Below, piece by piece: positions 1 through 9,651 of a stretch of DNA of 63,511 nt. Every line of letters starts with the position of its first letter. Position 1 is the stretch's first letter. Below the pieces are notes generated by a model that ran no database searches, was not told the origin of the DNA, and worked only from the letters and a program-made list of their open reading frames with translations. This stretch comes from Deltaproteobacteria bacterium (GTDB lineage: Bacteria > Myxococcota_A > UBA9160 > SZUA-336): NCBI GenBank assembly GCA_019311115.1, contig JAFDDB010000005.1:1-63511 (forward strand), given 5' to 3'. Position numbers and translations under genes: made by a program.

Positions 1-4
1 GGGT

Positions 5-54
5 TTGTCGCCAGCTTGTCGCCAAGGCAAAACGGCGCTTGTAACTATTCGAAA
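5..54. repeat. TTGTCGCCA direct repeat (5-13, 16-24) plus IHF-like site (42-54); candidate integrase arm-type sites
   Basis: Two exact 9-mers 11 bp apart. Minus-strand TTTCGAATAGTTA has 2 mismatches to the IHF consensus WATCAANNNNTTR. Both lie next to the tRNA fragment. Confidence 0.45.
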
Positions 55-81
55 TTGCTAGCGCTTTCGGTCCTGCCCTCG

Positions 82-106
82 GGTTCGAGTCCAGGAGGGC
101 CCACCA
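82..106 (+). mobile_element. tRNA 3' fragment (T-loop to CCA), probable att site of an integrative element lying left of the window
   Basis: GGTTCGAGTCCAGGAGGGCCCACCA is a T-loop, 3' T-stem, acceptor strand and CCA. The upstream sequence cannot form the 5' T-stem (TCGGG instead of CCTGG), D-arm or acceptor 5' strand. Confidence 0.7.
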
Positions 107-204
107 GTCAGTCAGCATATGGCTCGGCCCGTTCCGCAGGATGTCACGCGCTCGCCGGCCTCACCTCCATCGTCACGCCCCGAGCCTCGGGCTCTGCGGT
201 GCGT

Positions 205-831
205 TCAGTCGGTCGTAGTAGGCCGGTCGGTCACGCTGGGCCCGGCGGCGCTGTCGGTCGCCAGGCTTTTGTCGACGACGCTGCGGATGGTGTCCTCCAT
301 CATGCGCCAGGCGATGCGCTTCAGCGCCCAGCGCGGGGCCCAGAAGTCGGGCTCGATCTCCACTCGATGGCGTATCCGCGTCCCGTCACCCGACGGCGCC
401 AGCTCCCACGAGCCCACGAACCGGCGGAAGCTTCCCTCGAAGGCCTCGAACTCGATCGACTGCATCGGCGTCTCGCGAACGCGGAAGGTCACCGTGAAGC
501 CGCGCTCGAAGATCCACAGCCCCGCCCGTCCCTCCTGGTACAGGAGCTTGGTTGCCCCCTCGTGCCCGATGATGCGGCTCATCGTGACGGCCGGCACGAC
601 GTCGTCCAGGTGGCCGTAGTCCGTGAGGACCCGCCAGACCTTGGGGAGTGACTGCGGCACCACACATTCGGCCGTTACGCTGGACACGTCCGCAACGCTC
701 CCAGTGATACGGACCGTAACGTCGTGGGGCTCCAGCTCGATGACCCGCGTATCGACATCGGCGGCCGCATGTGAAGCGGCAAGCACCACACCGGCTAAGC
801 AGGACAGTAGCCATACGGGGTGCTGCATCAT
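205..831 (-). CDS. SRPBCC/polyketide cyclase-dehydrase family protein with N-terminal signal peptide
   Basis: Start re-assigned to MMQHPVWLL (hydrophobic signal). START-like pattern VWRVLTDY...EGSFRRFVGSWEL. Confidence 0.75.
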   Translation of the reverse strand: MMQHPVWLLSCLAGVVLAASHAAADVDTRVIELEPHDVTVRITGSVADVSSVTAECVVPQSLPKVWRVLTDYGHLDDVVPAVTMSRIIGHEGATKLLYQEGRAGLWIFERGFTVTFRVRETPMQSIEFEAFEGSFRRFVGSWELAPSGDGTRIRHRVEIEPDFWAPRWALKRIAWRMMEDTIRSVVDKSLATDSAAGPSVTDRPTTTD

Positions 832-981
832 CGTGGTGTCTCCATCGCGGAGCTGCGGACGCCGCTGCCGTCGGCGCCATGAATGTAGCCCCCTGACCCC
901 GAGGCGGCCGACGACTCTGCGACCTACAATCGACTCTGACGCGACGGCCGGCGTGAGCCGAGCCGCTATCATTGCGCACGG

Positions 982-1347
982 ATGACGAAGAAACGCAGAG
1001 GCGCCGCCCCGGTCGTCTACAGCAGCGCGCATGGGCGCATCTGTCCGAACTGCGGACGACCCACGAAGAGCTGCGCGTGCCGCCTGAGCCCGCATGTTCC
1101 ACAGGGCGATGGCATCGTGCGCATCCGCCGCGAGGCGAGCGGCCGGGCCGGCAAGACGGTGACGACCGTCTCCGGTGTAGGGCTGCCGCCCGGCGAACTC
1201 AAGGAACTGGCGGGCGAGCTCAAACGCGCGTGCGGTACGGGCGGAGCCTGCAAGTCCGGCGTGATCGAGATCCAGGGCGATCACCGAGAGACACTCGTCG
1301 AGCAACTCGAACAACGCGGGTATACAGTCAAGCTGGCCGGCGGATGA
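982..1347 (+). CDS. yciH: SUI1/eIF1-family translation initiation factor (YciH)
   Basis: GRAGKTVTTVSG, LKRACGTGG and IEIQGDHR motifs; N-terminal CPNC..CxC knuckle. Confidence 0.9.
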   Translation: MTKKRRGAAPVVYSSAHGRICPNCGRPTKSCACRLSPHVPQGDGIVRIRREASGRAGKTVTTVSGVGLPPGELKELAGELKRACGTGGACKSGVIEIQGDHRETLVEQLEQRGYTVKLAGG

Positions 1348-1367
1348 GGAGGCTCTCGAGGGCGCTG

Positions 1368-2285
1368 CTAGCTCTGGTCGGCGAAGGCCGCGATCCGGTC
1401 GGCCATCATATCGGTGTGCGTGATGGGCAGCATGTGGCTGCCGCCCTCGACCACGACCAGCTCCGAGCGCTTCGCGTGACGGTCGATCCACTCACCGATC
1501 GCCAGCGGGGCCAGACGGTCGTCGTCGCCGTGGATCAGCAGGATCGGCTGGGTCACGCGCTCGACCACGAACTCGCCGGCCTGTGCGATTCCCGCGATCT
1601 CCTCGACGTAAGTCGGGCGCGTGTTCGGCTGGCCGAAGTTCGCGCTGAGCTGCGCCGGCCACCAGTCGGGCACGGGCCCATCACTGAAGGCGGCATCGGT
1701 GGCGGAGCGCTGGATGGCCTGGCCGACGGGCGGCACCGCGCCGACCCAGCCCATGATCAGGCGGAAGACGGGACCCACCGACGGCGGCTCGTCTTCGTCG
1801 TTGGAGGGACCGCCGCTCCCCACCAGCACCACGCGACCGACTCGCTCGGGCGAGAGGACCGCGGCCTCGATCGCGACCGGCCCGCCATACGACCAACCGA
1901 CGACTGTCGCATCGCGCAGGTCTTCGCTCTCGAGCAAGCCGACCAGCTCGAGCGCGTTGGCGGCGGGAGTGAAGTCGCCGTTCGTGCGGCCGTCCGAGCG
2001 ACCGTAGCCGATGCGCCCGTAGGCGATCGCGCGCCGGCCCCTGGCGGCCAGCGCGTCGACCAGGGGCGTCCAGTCGTAGGCGCAGCCGGGCAGGCCATGG
2101 ACCATGACCACCGGCGGTCCGCTGCCGCGATCGAGCGCGTTCACCGTCAGCCCTTGCCCGACCGCGATCCGGCGCCCGGCGGGCGGCAGGTCGGGCCGGT
2201 CAATCGGAAACAGGCTGAACCAGAGTGGCGGCAGCGCGAGCACGGCGACCACCACCACCAACGTGACGAGCAGGAGACGCCTCAT
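1368..2285 (-). CDS. alpha/beta hydrolase with N-terminal membrane anchor
   Basis: HGLPG oxyanion region, GWSYGG nucleophile elbow, HGDDD and GSH catalytic motifs. Confidence 0.9.
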   Translation of the reverse strand: MRRLLLVTLVVVVAVLALPPLWFSLFPIDRPDLPPAGRRIAVGQGLTVNALDRGSGPPVVMVHGLPGCAYDWTPLVDALAARGRRAIAYGRIGYGRSDGRTNGDFTPAANALELVGLLESEDLRDATVVGWSYGGPVAIEAAVLSPERVGRVVLVGSGGPSNDEDEPPSVGPVFRLIMGWVGAVPPVGQAIQRSATDAAFSDGPVPDWWPAQLSANFGQPNTRPTYVEEIAGIAQAGEFVVERVTQPILLIHGDDDRLAPLAIGEWIDRHAKRSELVVVEGGSHMLPITHTDMMADRIAAFADQS

Positions 2286-2336
2286 CGTAGTTCTCCCGGC
2301 AAGGGCGCGCCGCTATGCGGCGCACTGCGCGACAGA

Positions 2337-3578
2337 TCAACCTGGTCGAATTCGATATCGGACCGGCAGGTTCTTCAAGCCCACCACGAAGCTCGCCGAG
2401 ATCCACTCCGGCTCGCCGATGATCTCCCAATGCTCCACGCGTCGGGCGAGCTCTTCGACGATCGCGCGCATGGATCGACGGGCGAGATGCGCGCCCATGC
2501 AAAAGTGCTCTGCGTAGCCGAAGGCGAGATGATTGTTGGGAGAGCGGTCGATGTCGAAGCTGTAGGGGTTCTCAAAGACCGACTCGTCGCGGTTTGCGGA
2601 TCCGTAGAACATCATCACCGCTTCGCCTTCCCGAATCTTCTGACCGTTGACCTCGGTGTCGCATGCGGCCGTCCGCTTCATGTAGTTCACCGATGATGTC
2701 CAGCGCAGAATCTCCTCGACGACAGCGGACGAGCGGTTCGGGTCGGATTTGACCGCATCGAAGGCGTCGGGGTGCTCGATGAGCGCTCGGAAGCCGCCCG
2801 CGAGGGCGTTCTTCGTCGTGTCGTGACCGGCGTTGAAGACGATGAGGTAGTAGCCGAGCGTTTCGGCCGGTCCCATCGCCTGGCCATTGATCTGGCCGTT
2901 CGCCAGTAGCGATGCGAGATCGTCTGTCGGATTTGCCCGGCGATCGGCGATGATCGGGAGAAAGAGCTCGAGAAATTCCTGGCCGAGGCGGGCGAAATCT
3001 TCGGGCGTCCGACCCGCACCGAGATCTTCGTCATCCGGGGCGAACAGACGATTCGAAAGCTCGAGGATCTTCGCCTCTCCCTCCTCGGGAACACCGAGGG
3101 CCGACGCGAGGATGCGGAGCGGGTGGCGGACGGCAATTCCGCTTGCGAGGTTGGTCTCGCCTTCGCCGCCGTCCTTGGCCAGCTCGTCGACGAGTTCTTT
3201 GGCGCTCTTGAGGATCGCCGGATCGATCGATCTCAGGGATCGCGACGTGAACCACGGACTCGCGACCTTGCGCAAGTCTCGATGCTCCGGCGGGTCGGTG
3301 CTGATGACGACTCTCATCGAAGCGACGCCTTGATTCCGGTTCAACGCCGGATCGCGCGGTAGCGGTGTAATGCCCTTGCCGCTGATGAAGATGTCGGGCT
3401 GGCGAGAGATGAACCGGATGTCTTCGTGGCGTGTGATCGCCCAGAAGGGCTCGATTTCTGGCACCTCACACCAATGGACGGGCGACTCGGCGCGAAGCCT
3501 CTTCCAGATCTCGTGCGGCGGCCCGTTGGCGCCGTAAGAGGTGGGGTCAAGCAGTTCAAGTCCGGTCGTTATGGCCAT
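2337..3578 (-). CDS. cytochrome P450
   Basis: AGHDTT I-helix, EEILR (ExxR), FGYAEHFCMG heme-ligand loop. Start re-assigned to MAITTG after AAGGAAG. Confidence 0.95.
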   Translation of the reverse strand: MAITTGLELLDPTSYGANGPPHEIWKRLRAESPVHWCEVPEIEPFWAITRHEDIRFISRQPDIFISGKGITPLPRDPALNRNQGVASMRVVISTDPPEHRDLRKVASPWFTSRSLRSIDPAILKSAKELVDELAKDGGEGETNLASGIAVRHPLRILASALGVPEEGEAKILELSNRLFAPDDEDLGAGRTPEDFARLGQEFLELFLPIIADRRANPTDDLASLLANGQINGQAMGPAETLGYYLIVFNAGHDTTKNALAGGFRALIEHPDAFDAVKSDPNRSSAVVEEILRWTSSVNYMKRTAACDTEVNGQKIREGEAVMMFYGSANRDESVFENPYSFDIDRSPNNHLAFGYAEHFCMGAHLARRSMRAIVEELARRVEHWEIIGEPEWISASFVVGLKNLPVRYRIRPG

Positions 3579-3662
3579 GGGTTCTTCCTTGTCATTCGGC
3601 GCTCGGCGCTCAGCGAGTCGGCGAGTGAGCAGCGGGATGCCCGGATCATATCGCACCATGGC

Positions 3663-4886
3663 CTACTCCGAGCTCGTCATCATGCGAACGTCCCTCACCG
3701 AGAACGCTGCCATGCACGGCAGAAGGATCGTCAGCGACGCGATCAGCAGTGTGGCTCGGTAGCCGATCAGCTCGAACGAGAATCCCGCCACGACTACGCC
3801 CAGGGGCGCGAGGACGATCGAGCCGAGGTGATCGTAAGCGCTGACCCTGGACAGCAGGTGGGGCGGGATTCGCTGCTGGAGCGTCGTGTACCACAGGACG
3901 GCGAAGAGTTGGCCCGCGACGCCTTCGACGAAGGCGGCGGCGGCGATGAGAGACAGGGAGAGTGGAACGGACAAGGCCAGCGGCACGCCCAAGAACGTAA
4001 ACGTGCACAGCGTCGCGAACCGCATGGGGTACCTGGGCCTGACTCGCAGGGCGAGAACTCCACCCAGCAGCGTTCCCCCGCCGAAGCTCGCCGCGATGAA
4101 GCCCCAGTCTCGCGCTCCGTTCAGGTGCTCGAGCGCCACCGCCGGTCCGAGCAGCCCGAACACGCTCTCCATCACCGCAACCAACAGGGAGAACTGGAGC
4201 ACGATGACCCAGAGCCAGGTGTGGGACCTGAACTCTCTCCATCCAAGCCTCAGGTCCTGGACCACCGATGCTCGCTCGGGACGCGCTTGAAGCCTCGGCC
4301 GGAGCGACATCACCAACAGCGCAGATACGCCGAACGAAGCCGCATCGATCGCCAGGGTCACTCCGGCTCCGAACGCGGCCACCAGGATCCCGGCGAGGGC
4401 GGCGCCCACCAACATCGCCCCGTTCCGAGCCGTGCCGAGCAGCGCATTGACGGTCTGGAACTGGTCCCGGTTCACGATCTGGATCACCAGCCCGGCCGAA
4501 GCGGGGACGTTGAGAGCCATGGCGACTCCCAGAGCCAGCATGAGGGCGGTCAATACGGGCACGGTCGCGGTGTTGGACAGGAACTGATGCGCGATCAGCA
4601 GCTGGACGACCATCGCGAGCCCTTCGGCAAGGACGATCATCCGCTGCCTGGACGTCCGGTCTGCGAGCACCCCGCTGATCAGCAGAACCCCGACCGAAGC
4701 GATCGCCGGCGCGGCGATGACAATCGCGGAATCGCGCGTCGAGCCCGTGAGCTCGAGGACCCCGAACGCCATCGCGATCGGGGCCATCGCCGTACCCGTG
4801 TAGGTGATCAGATAGGCGACGATCAGCTTGGCCACGTCGGGCTGGCGGAACAGCTTCGGCGCGTCGCTGAAGCCGCTACTCGACAA
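3663..4886 (-). CDS. MFS transporter (drug/H+ antiporter-like)
   Basis: About 12 hydrophobic segments; GVLADRTSRQR motif A. Confidence 0.9.
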   Translation of the reverse strand: MSSSGFSDAPKLFRQPDVAKLIVAYLITYTGTAMAPIAMAFGVLELTGSTRDSAIVIAAPAIASVGVLLISGVLADRTSRQRMIVLAEGLAMVVQLLIAHQFLSNTATVPVLTALMLALGVAMALNVPASAGLVIQIVNRDQFQTVNALLGTARNGAMLVGAALAGILVAAFGAGVTLAIDAASFGVSALLVMSLRPRLQARPERASVVQDLRLGWREFRSHTWLWVIVLQFSLLVAVMESVFGLLGPAVALEHLNGARDWGFIAASFGGGTLLGGVLALRVRPRYPMRFATLCTFTFLGVPLALSVPLSLSLIAAAAFVEGVAGQLFAVLWYTTLQQRIPPHLLSRVSAYDHLGSIVLAPLGVVVAGFSFELIGYRATLLIASLTILLPCMAAFSVRDVRMMTSSE

Positions 4887-5130
4887 CGTGCCCGAACCCG
4901 GATCGAGCGGTGGGATTGGCGTGCGCGTGTTGGACAGACGCTGCGAGGTCGCTGGCCATCACGACATCATGCCATCCGGACCTCGACCTTCCCGGCGCGT
5001 CGCCTCCCTGCTTCCCGAGGACCGGCTGGGCGGCGGGAAGAAAGAGCTCAGCTTCTACCTGGTGCAGGGCAGCCCGAGCGCGCCGAGCCTCGCTCCCTTG
5101 ACCGTCAAGTAGCTCGCCGCTCTCGATCGA

Positions 5131-5475
5131 TCACTCGACGCAGCGCCACTCGAGCGTCATGGGGACCCAGCCCCCGAGGGTCAGGAAGCCGGCCCAGATG
5201 AAGGCCAGGTTCGTCTTTGCCCGGGCTGCGTAGAGCCCTTTGCTTCCGCAGTCGTGGGCAACGACGATCGGATCCGCATCGATCAGGTTCCAGGCGTACG
5301 AGTGAACCGTCTTGCTGCGCCAGTCGACGATCTGGGTGTTCTCCGGTCGCACGGTGAAGCGGTAGCAGCCGACGCTCGTCACGCAGAGGGCCAGAACGAG
5401 AAGCAACGAGAACGCCCGATCCCATCGGGCCCCGTGAGCTGTTTCCGGCTGGGATTCTTCTCTGAGACCGATCAT
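5131..5475 (-). CDS. small lipoprotein, Bor/Iss-like
   Basis: Lipobox SVGC, second Cys pair, FLTLGGWVPMTLEWRC C-terminus typical of Bor-like proteins. Start uncertain. Confidence 0.6.
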   Translation of the reverse strand: MIGLREESQPETAHGARWDRAFSLLLVLALCVTSVGCYRFTVRPENTQIVDWRSKTVHSYAWNLIDADPIVVAHDCGSKGLYAARAKTNLAFIWAGFLTLGGWVPMTLEWRCVE

Positions 5476-5506
5476 GTCGTTCCTTTGCTGATGCAAGAAG
5501 GCTGGC

Positions 5507-6373
5507 TCACTGCTCGATCTGGAAGCATGTCGCTGGCGCGAGCTCCGTTTCCAGCTCCGCCCTTCGGGTAGAGAACGCATCGAGGTCCCGCGCCATCCAC
5601 CGGGCGAAGGTGCCGATGCCCTCGTTGACTGTGTCGGTGAAGAGCTTGCCGTCATGGAGGAGCCAGTCCTCTACGTCCATCGTAGAAGACGTGTACACGT
5701 ACTCGCATGTATTCGTCTTCGGCGGGCCGCCGTTGCTCTGCCATTCCTGCATCATCGACGCCTTCATTCGCAGCGACAGCCGCTGCCTGAAGTGCTGGCG
5801 GAGATCGAACTCGTCCACTCGCGCAGTCACGATGGCCTCGGCGCGGTCCTTGCCCACCTGCCTCTTGCGCGGTACGGCCGTCTTCACGGCCTTCTCGAGC
5901 TCCCTCGTGACACGGCCCGGCTCGTGCTGGAGCCGCTCGAGAATCGTGTTGACCTCGCCCGTTGTCTTCCACGGCAGCCCCGTACTGCCGCCGGCTACCA
6001 GACCTGTCCCCGCGCCGACTACAAACCCGACGAAGGTCGTAGCCACCACGCAGAAGGGGTAGAAGAAGGCGGTCGGCACGCAGACGATCAGTCCATACCC
6101 GAATCCGGCGCCGGCACCGGTGATGGCGCCGGCACCAAATCCGATGGTCACTCCCTTGACCGCCGAGTCACCGTGCAGGTCGCCCTCGAGCTCGCCGTCG
6201 TCGGTCACGACCTGGCTCCGGAGGGAGATCCGATTGAAACCGGGCGGCACGGGATCTGTTCCCTGGAACAAGGCGCAGCCCGAGCCGACCTGGAGCGCGA
6301 GCAGCGCGATCAGACAAGCTCGGAACCGGTGACTCGAGCGCCGCACAGCGCTGCGATACTCGGCTCGCATCAT
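5507..6373 (-). CDS. hypothetical lipoprotein with glycine-zipper-like hydrophobic hairpin
   Basis: Lipobox GSGC; GxxxG-rich hydrophobic segment; upstream AAGG. Confidence 0.65.
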   Translation of the reverse strand: MMRAEYRSAVRRSSHRFRACLIALLALQVGSGCALFQGTDPVPPGFNRISLRSQVVTDDGELEGDLHGDSAVKGVTIGFGAGAITGAGAGFGYGLIVCVPTAFFYPFCVVATTFVGFVVGAGTGLVAGGSTGLPWKTTGEVNTILERLQHEPGRVTRELEKAVKTAVPRKRQVGKDRAEAIVTARVDEFDLRQHFRQRLSLRMKASMMQEWQSNGGPPKTNTCEYVYTSSTMDVEDWLLHDGKLFTDTVNEGIGTFARWMARDLDAFSTRRAELETELAPATCFQIEQ

Positions 6374-6841
6374 GGGGTTGCCTTCCGTCGCTCCGCGAAG
6401 AACGGTCCAGGGTCAGGGATCAGGACACAGTAGCGAGGCCAGTTACTTCCGCGATTGACTTCGCACGAACGGTATACCAGATGGCCGCCGCGGGGGGAAC
6501 CTGGACTTTGACTCGGCCACCCGCGGCGCCCGTGGCCCGGGTGCCTGACCAGCCCCCGTCTACGCCAGCCGATACTCCCGCGGCACCCGCAGACCGGGCA
6601 AAGGGGACACGGACTCGATGGGCGACCACGCGCCAGGCGATCACGACCGACACGACCTCGGTCGAGACGATCTTCGACCCCGACGCTACGCCGATCCCAC
6701 CGGCGTACCGGCCCGATCCGCTGGTCGGGTACACGTACGTTCCGGGCAACGACTCGGGGGACCCTGGCGACGAGCGACGAGGAGACCCTCGCCTGGCTGA
6801 TTCAAGACGCGTTCCCCGGCCACTGCGGCGCGAGATCCGGG

Positions 6842-7213
6842 CTACGCCTTCCGCGCCACCACCTTGATCTCGGCTCGCGCGCCGGGAATGACCAGTTCGC
6901 TCACGCCGATCCAGGTCGACGCCGGATAGGGCTCCCGAACGAACTCGTCCTTCACCTTCGCCATCGCGGGCACGTGCTTCTGCAGGTCCACGATGTAGAG
7001 GGTCGAGTCGATGATGTCCTCGAAGCCGACGCCGGCTTCCTTGAGCGTCGCGCCGAGGGACTCCCACGCGTTGCGGAACTCGTCCTCGGCCGAGTCGCCG
7101 CGGCCGACGACGCCGGAGCAGAAGATCAGGTCGCCGTGGCGGACGGCCGGGGCGAAGTGGAAGTTCTCGTAGGTCTTGCGGTCGGACTCGGGGACGATGA
7201 CGTCGATGGGCAC
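6842..7213 (-). CDS. RidA/YjgF family protein
   Basis: FAPAVRHGDLIFCSG, YPASTWIGV and AEIKVVA motifs; AGGAG RBS. Confidence 0.9.
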   Translation of the reverse strand: MPIDVIVPESDRKTYENFHFAPAVRHGDLIFCSGVVGRGDSAEDEFRNAWESLGATLKEAGVGFEDIIDSTLYIVDLQKHVPAMAKVKDEFVREPYPASTWIGVSELVIPGARAEIKVVARKA

Positions 7214-7264
7214 GGGGGGTCTCCTCCTGGGTTCGAGCGGAGGCTACCACGCGGGAGCGTCGGC

Positions 7265-8620
7265 TCAGTCCAGCTCGACCGTCTCCAGGTACGCCGGGAC
7301 GCGTGCCGGGTACCCGGATGTGTCCTGGATCCGGCGGCGGAGCGTGTCGGCGGCGGCGGGCTCGCCGTGCGTCACGAAGACCCCGCGAGGCGGTGACTCG
7401 CAGGCGCCGAGCCACGCCAGCAGGTCGGCCTGGTCGGCGTGTGCGGAGAAGATGTCGAGCTGGAGCACCCGCGCTTCCACTGGTATGTACGCGCCGTGGA
7501 TCTTGACCTCGGTCGCACCGTGGACCAGCGCGTCGCCGCGCGTGCCCGGCGCCTGGAAGCCGCAGAACAGGATCGTGTTGCGCGCGTCCGGTGCCAGCGC
7601 CCGCAGGTGGTGCAGGACGCGTCCGCCGGACGCCATGCCGCTCGCCGAGATGATCGCGCACGGCTCGCGGCGGGCGACCAGGCGTTTCGACTCCTCGATT
7701 CCCCTCACGTAGTGGGCAACGTCGCACACGTTGCCGCAGAGCTCGTCGGGCAGACGGTGGTACTCCGACGAGCGGCGGAAGAGCTGTGTCACGTCGGTGG
7801 CCATCGGGCTGTTCATGAAGATGGGGACCTGTGGCACCAGCTCGCGCTGGAGGATCTCGTGGAAGCAGAACAGCAACGTCTGCGCCCGGCCGACCGCGAA
7901 CGACGGGATCAGCAGCACGCCGCCCCGGTCGACGGTGTCGGTCAGCACCTTTGCCAGGGACTCGAAGGGATCGGCCTTGTCGTGCCGCCGGTCGCCGTAG
8001 GTGGACTCGATGACGACCCAGTCCGGCGCGCCGGGCGGCGCCGGCGGGCGCATGAGCAGGTCCTCGGAGCGCCCCAGGTCGCCCGAGAACAGGATGCTCC
8101 GGCCCGCGTGCTCGACCTCGACCGAGGCCGCGCCCAGGATGTGGCCCGCTGGGCGGAACCGGAAACGCAGTGGACCGGTCTCGCTCCACCGGTCGAAGTC
8201 CAGCGCGGCAAACTGTCCGAGCGCGCGCTCCGCGTCGGCCTCGGTGTAGAGCGGCAGGGCAGGGTGGTGCTTCGAGTAGCCGCGGCGGTTCGCGTACGCC
8301 GCGTCCTCCTCGTGGATCCGGGCCGAGTCCGGCAGCAGGATCCCGCACAGCTCGCGCGTCGGCGGCGTGCAGAAGACGCGGCCCTCGAACCCGTCGCGGG
8401 CCAGGGCGGGCAGGAACCCGCTGTGGTCGATGTGCGCGTGCGTGAGCAGAACGGCGTCGATCGAGCCGGGGTCGACGGGCAGGGCCTCCCAGTTGCGCAG
8501 GCGCAGCTGCTTCACGCCCTGGTAGAGCCCGCAGTCGATCAGCACGCGGTGGCCGTCGGCCTCGAGCAGGTACTTGGAGCCGGTGACGGTTCCGGTGGCT
8601 CCCAGGAAGGTGAGCTTCAC
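7265..8620 (-). CDS. MBL-fold beta-CASP ribonuclease (YSH1/CPSF73-like)
   Basis: LTHAHIDHSG, AGHILGAA, SGDLG, ESTYG, SAHAD and VTHGE motifs; GTG start after GGAGG. Confidence 0.93.
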   Translation of the reverse strand: MKLTFLGATGTVTGSKYLLEADGHRVLIDCGLYQGVKQLRLRNWEALPVDPGSIDAVLLTHAHIDHSGFLPALARDGFEGRVFCTPPTRELCGILLPDSARIHEEDAAYANRRGYSKHHPALPLYTEADAERALGQFAALDFDRWSETGPLRFRFRPAGHILGAASVEVEHAGRSILFSGDLGRSEDLLMRPPAPPGAPDWVVIESTYGDRRHDKADPFESLAKVLTDTVDRGGVLLIPSFAVGRAQTLLFCFHEILQRELVPQVPIFMNSPMATDVTQLFRRSSEYHRLPDELCGNVCDVAHYVRGIEESKRLVARREPCAIISASGMASGGRVLHHLRALAPDARNTILFCGFQAPGTRGDALVHGATEVKIHGAYIPVEARVLQLDIFSAHADQADLLAWLGACESPPRGVFVTHGEPAAADTLRRRIQDTSGYPARVPAYLETVELD

Positions 8621-8722
8621 GCGCGCGGCCTCCACCGCCCGGCGCACGGACCGGGCCCCACGACTAGGACACGACGCCACACGCTGCGTCAACCTGTCGC
8701 GTGTCGCTGTCGCGACGTGGTG

Positions 8723-9229
8723 TCAGTCGCGAGTCCAGTGGACGCGGACGAGGTTCTCCTTGTCGCTCGACGTCGCCGGGTGCTCGAGCTTGCCCGCGTA
8801 GGCCTTCGCGAGCGCCTTGCCGAGCGCCTGGGCGAGCTTCGCGTCCGTGGTCTTGACGACCAGGGCTGCTCCCTCTTCCTCGATGGACATCACGCGCTTC
8901 AGGGGATGCTCGGTGCGCTCCCGCTCCTCCACGTTGTGGACGAGACCGATCACGTCGTCGCGGTGCGATGCTGCGAATGCGCCCTCTACGGTCAGGATAC
9001 CTGCGGGATAGTCGCCTTCGATTCGCTCGCATGCCGGGCAGACGTGCTCGTAGGAGCCGACGGGCGCCCTCTCCCAGGTCCAGCGGCCGTTCCGGTAGCT
9101 CGCACGGCACTTGGGACAGTCCGCGATCTCGCGCAGCTTGCCCGTCTGGGCGGGTGGGTCGTCGTGGACGTGGCGGGAGGCGCGGGACGTCCTGGGGGCC
9201 GGGTTCGTCGGTGGGGGCTTTCTGGGCAT
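8723..9229 (-). CDS. BCAM0308-family protein
   Basis: CPKC...GRWTW...CPAC.RI...YPAG and E...HPLKR motifs. Start re-assigned. Confidence 0.75.
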   Translation of the reverse strand: MPRKPPPTNPAPRTSRASRHVHDDPPAQTGKLREIADCPKCRASYRNGRWTWERAPVGSYEHVCPACERIEGDYPAGILTVEGAFAASHRDDVIGLVHNVEERERTEHPLKRVMSIEEEGAALVVKTTDAKLAQALGKALAKAYAGKLEHPATSSDKENLVRVHWTRD

Positions 9230-9305
9230 GGCGGGGCATCCTCGATGGATGCGCTTCAAAATGCAAGCGGCGTGCCGCGCAGAGCTGGTACGATCGGGGC
9301 CGCCG

Positions 9306-9641
9306 ATGGCCCGAGTTTCCCTACCTCTCTCCTTGCTCGTCCTCGCGCTGCTGGCGTGCGGCCCCGGCGTGCCGACGAACGGCGAGCTGCACGTCGACAT
9401 GAAGCCCGGCGACATCGTGGGCCGCGCGTTCCTCGGCAGCGTCGACGTGAAGGGCGTGGGGCTGGTCAAGCTGTCGGCGCGCAACCAAGGCGACCGCATC
9501 GCGATCTACGCGACCGCGGTCGACGGTGCGACGCTCGGCCGCGCCAACGCGGATCCAGCACTCGCGCAGACCCTGGTGCAGGTCCGCACCCCGGACGGGC
9601 TCGAGGACGTGACGATCTTCTGGGACTCCTCGGGCGGCTGA
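9306..9641 (+). CDS. hypothetical small lipoprotein
   Basis: Signal peptide with LLAC lipobox; strong GC3 bias. Confidence 0.65.
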   Translation: MARVSLPLSLLVLALLACGPGVPTNGELHVDMKPGDIVGRAFLGSVDVKGVGLVKLSARNQGDRIAIYATAVDGATLGRANADPALAQTLVQVRTPDGLEDVTIFWDSSGG

Positions 9642-9651
9642 CCGGCTCCGC

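Noticed and set aside
30-106. Complete tRNA gene
   Set aside because: Only the T-loop to CCA is present; no D-arm, anticodon arm or 5' acceptor strand can be folded.
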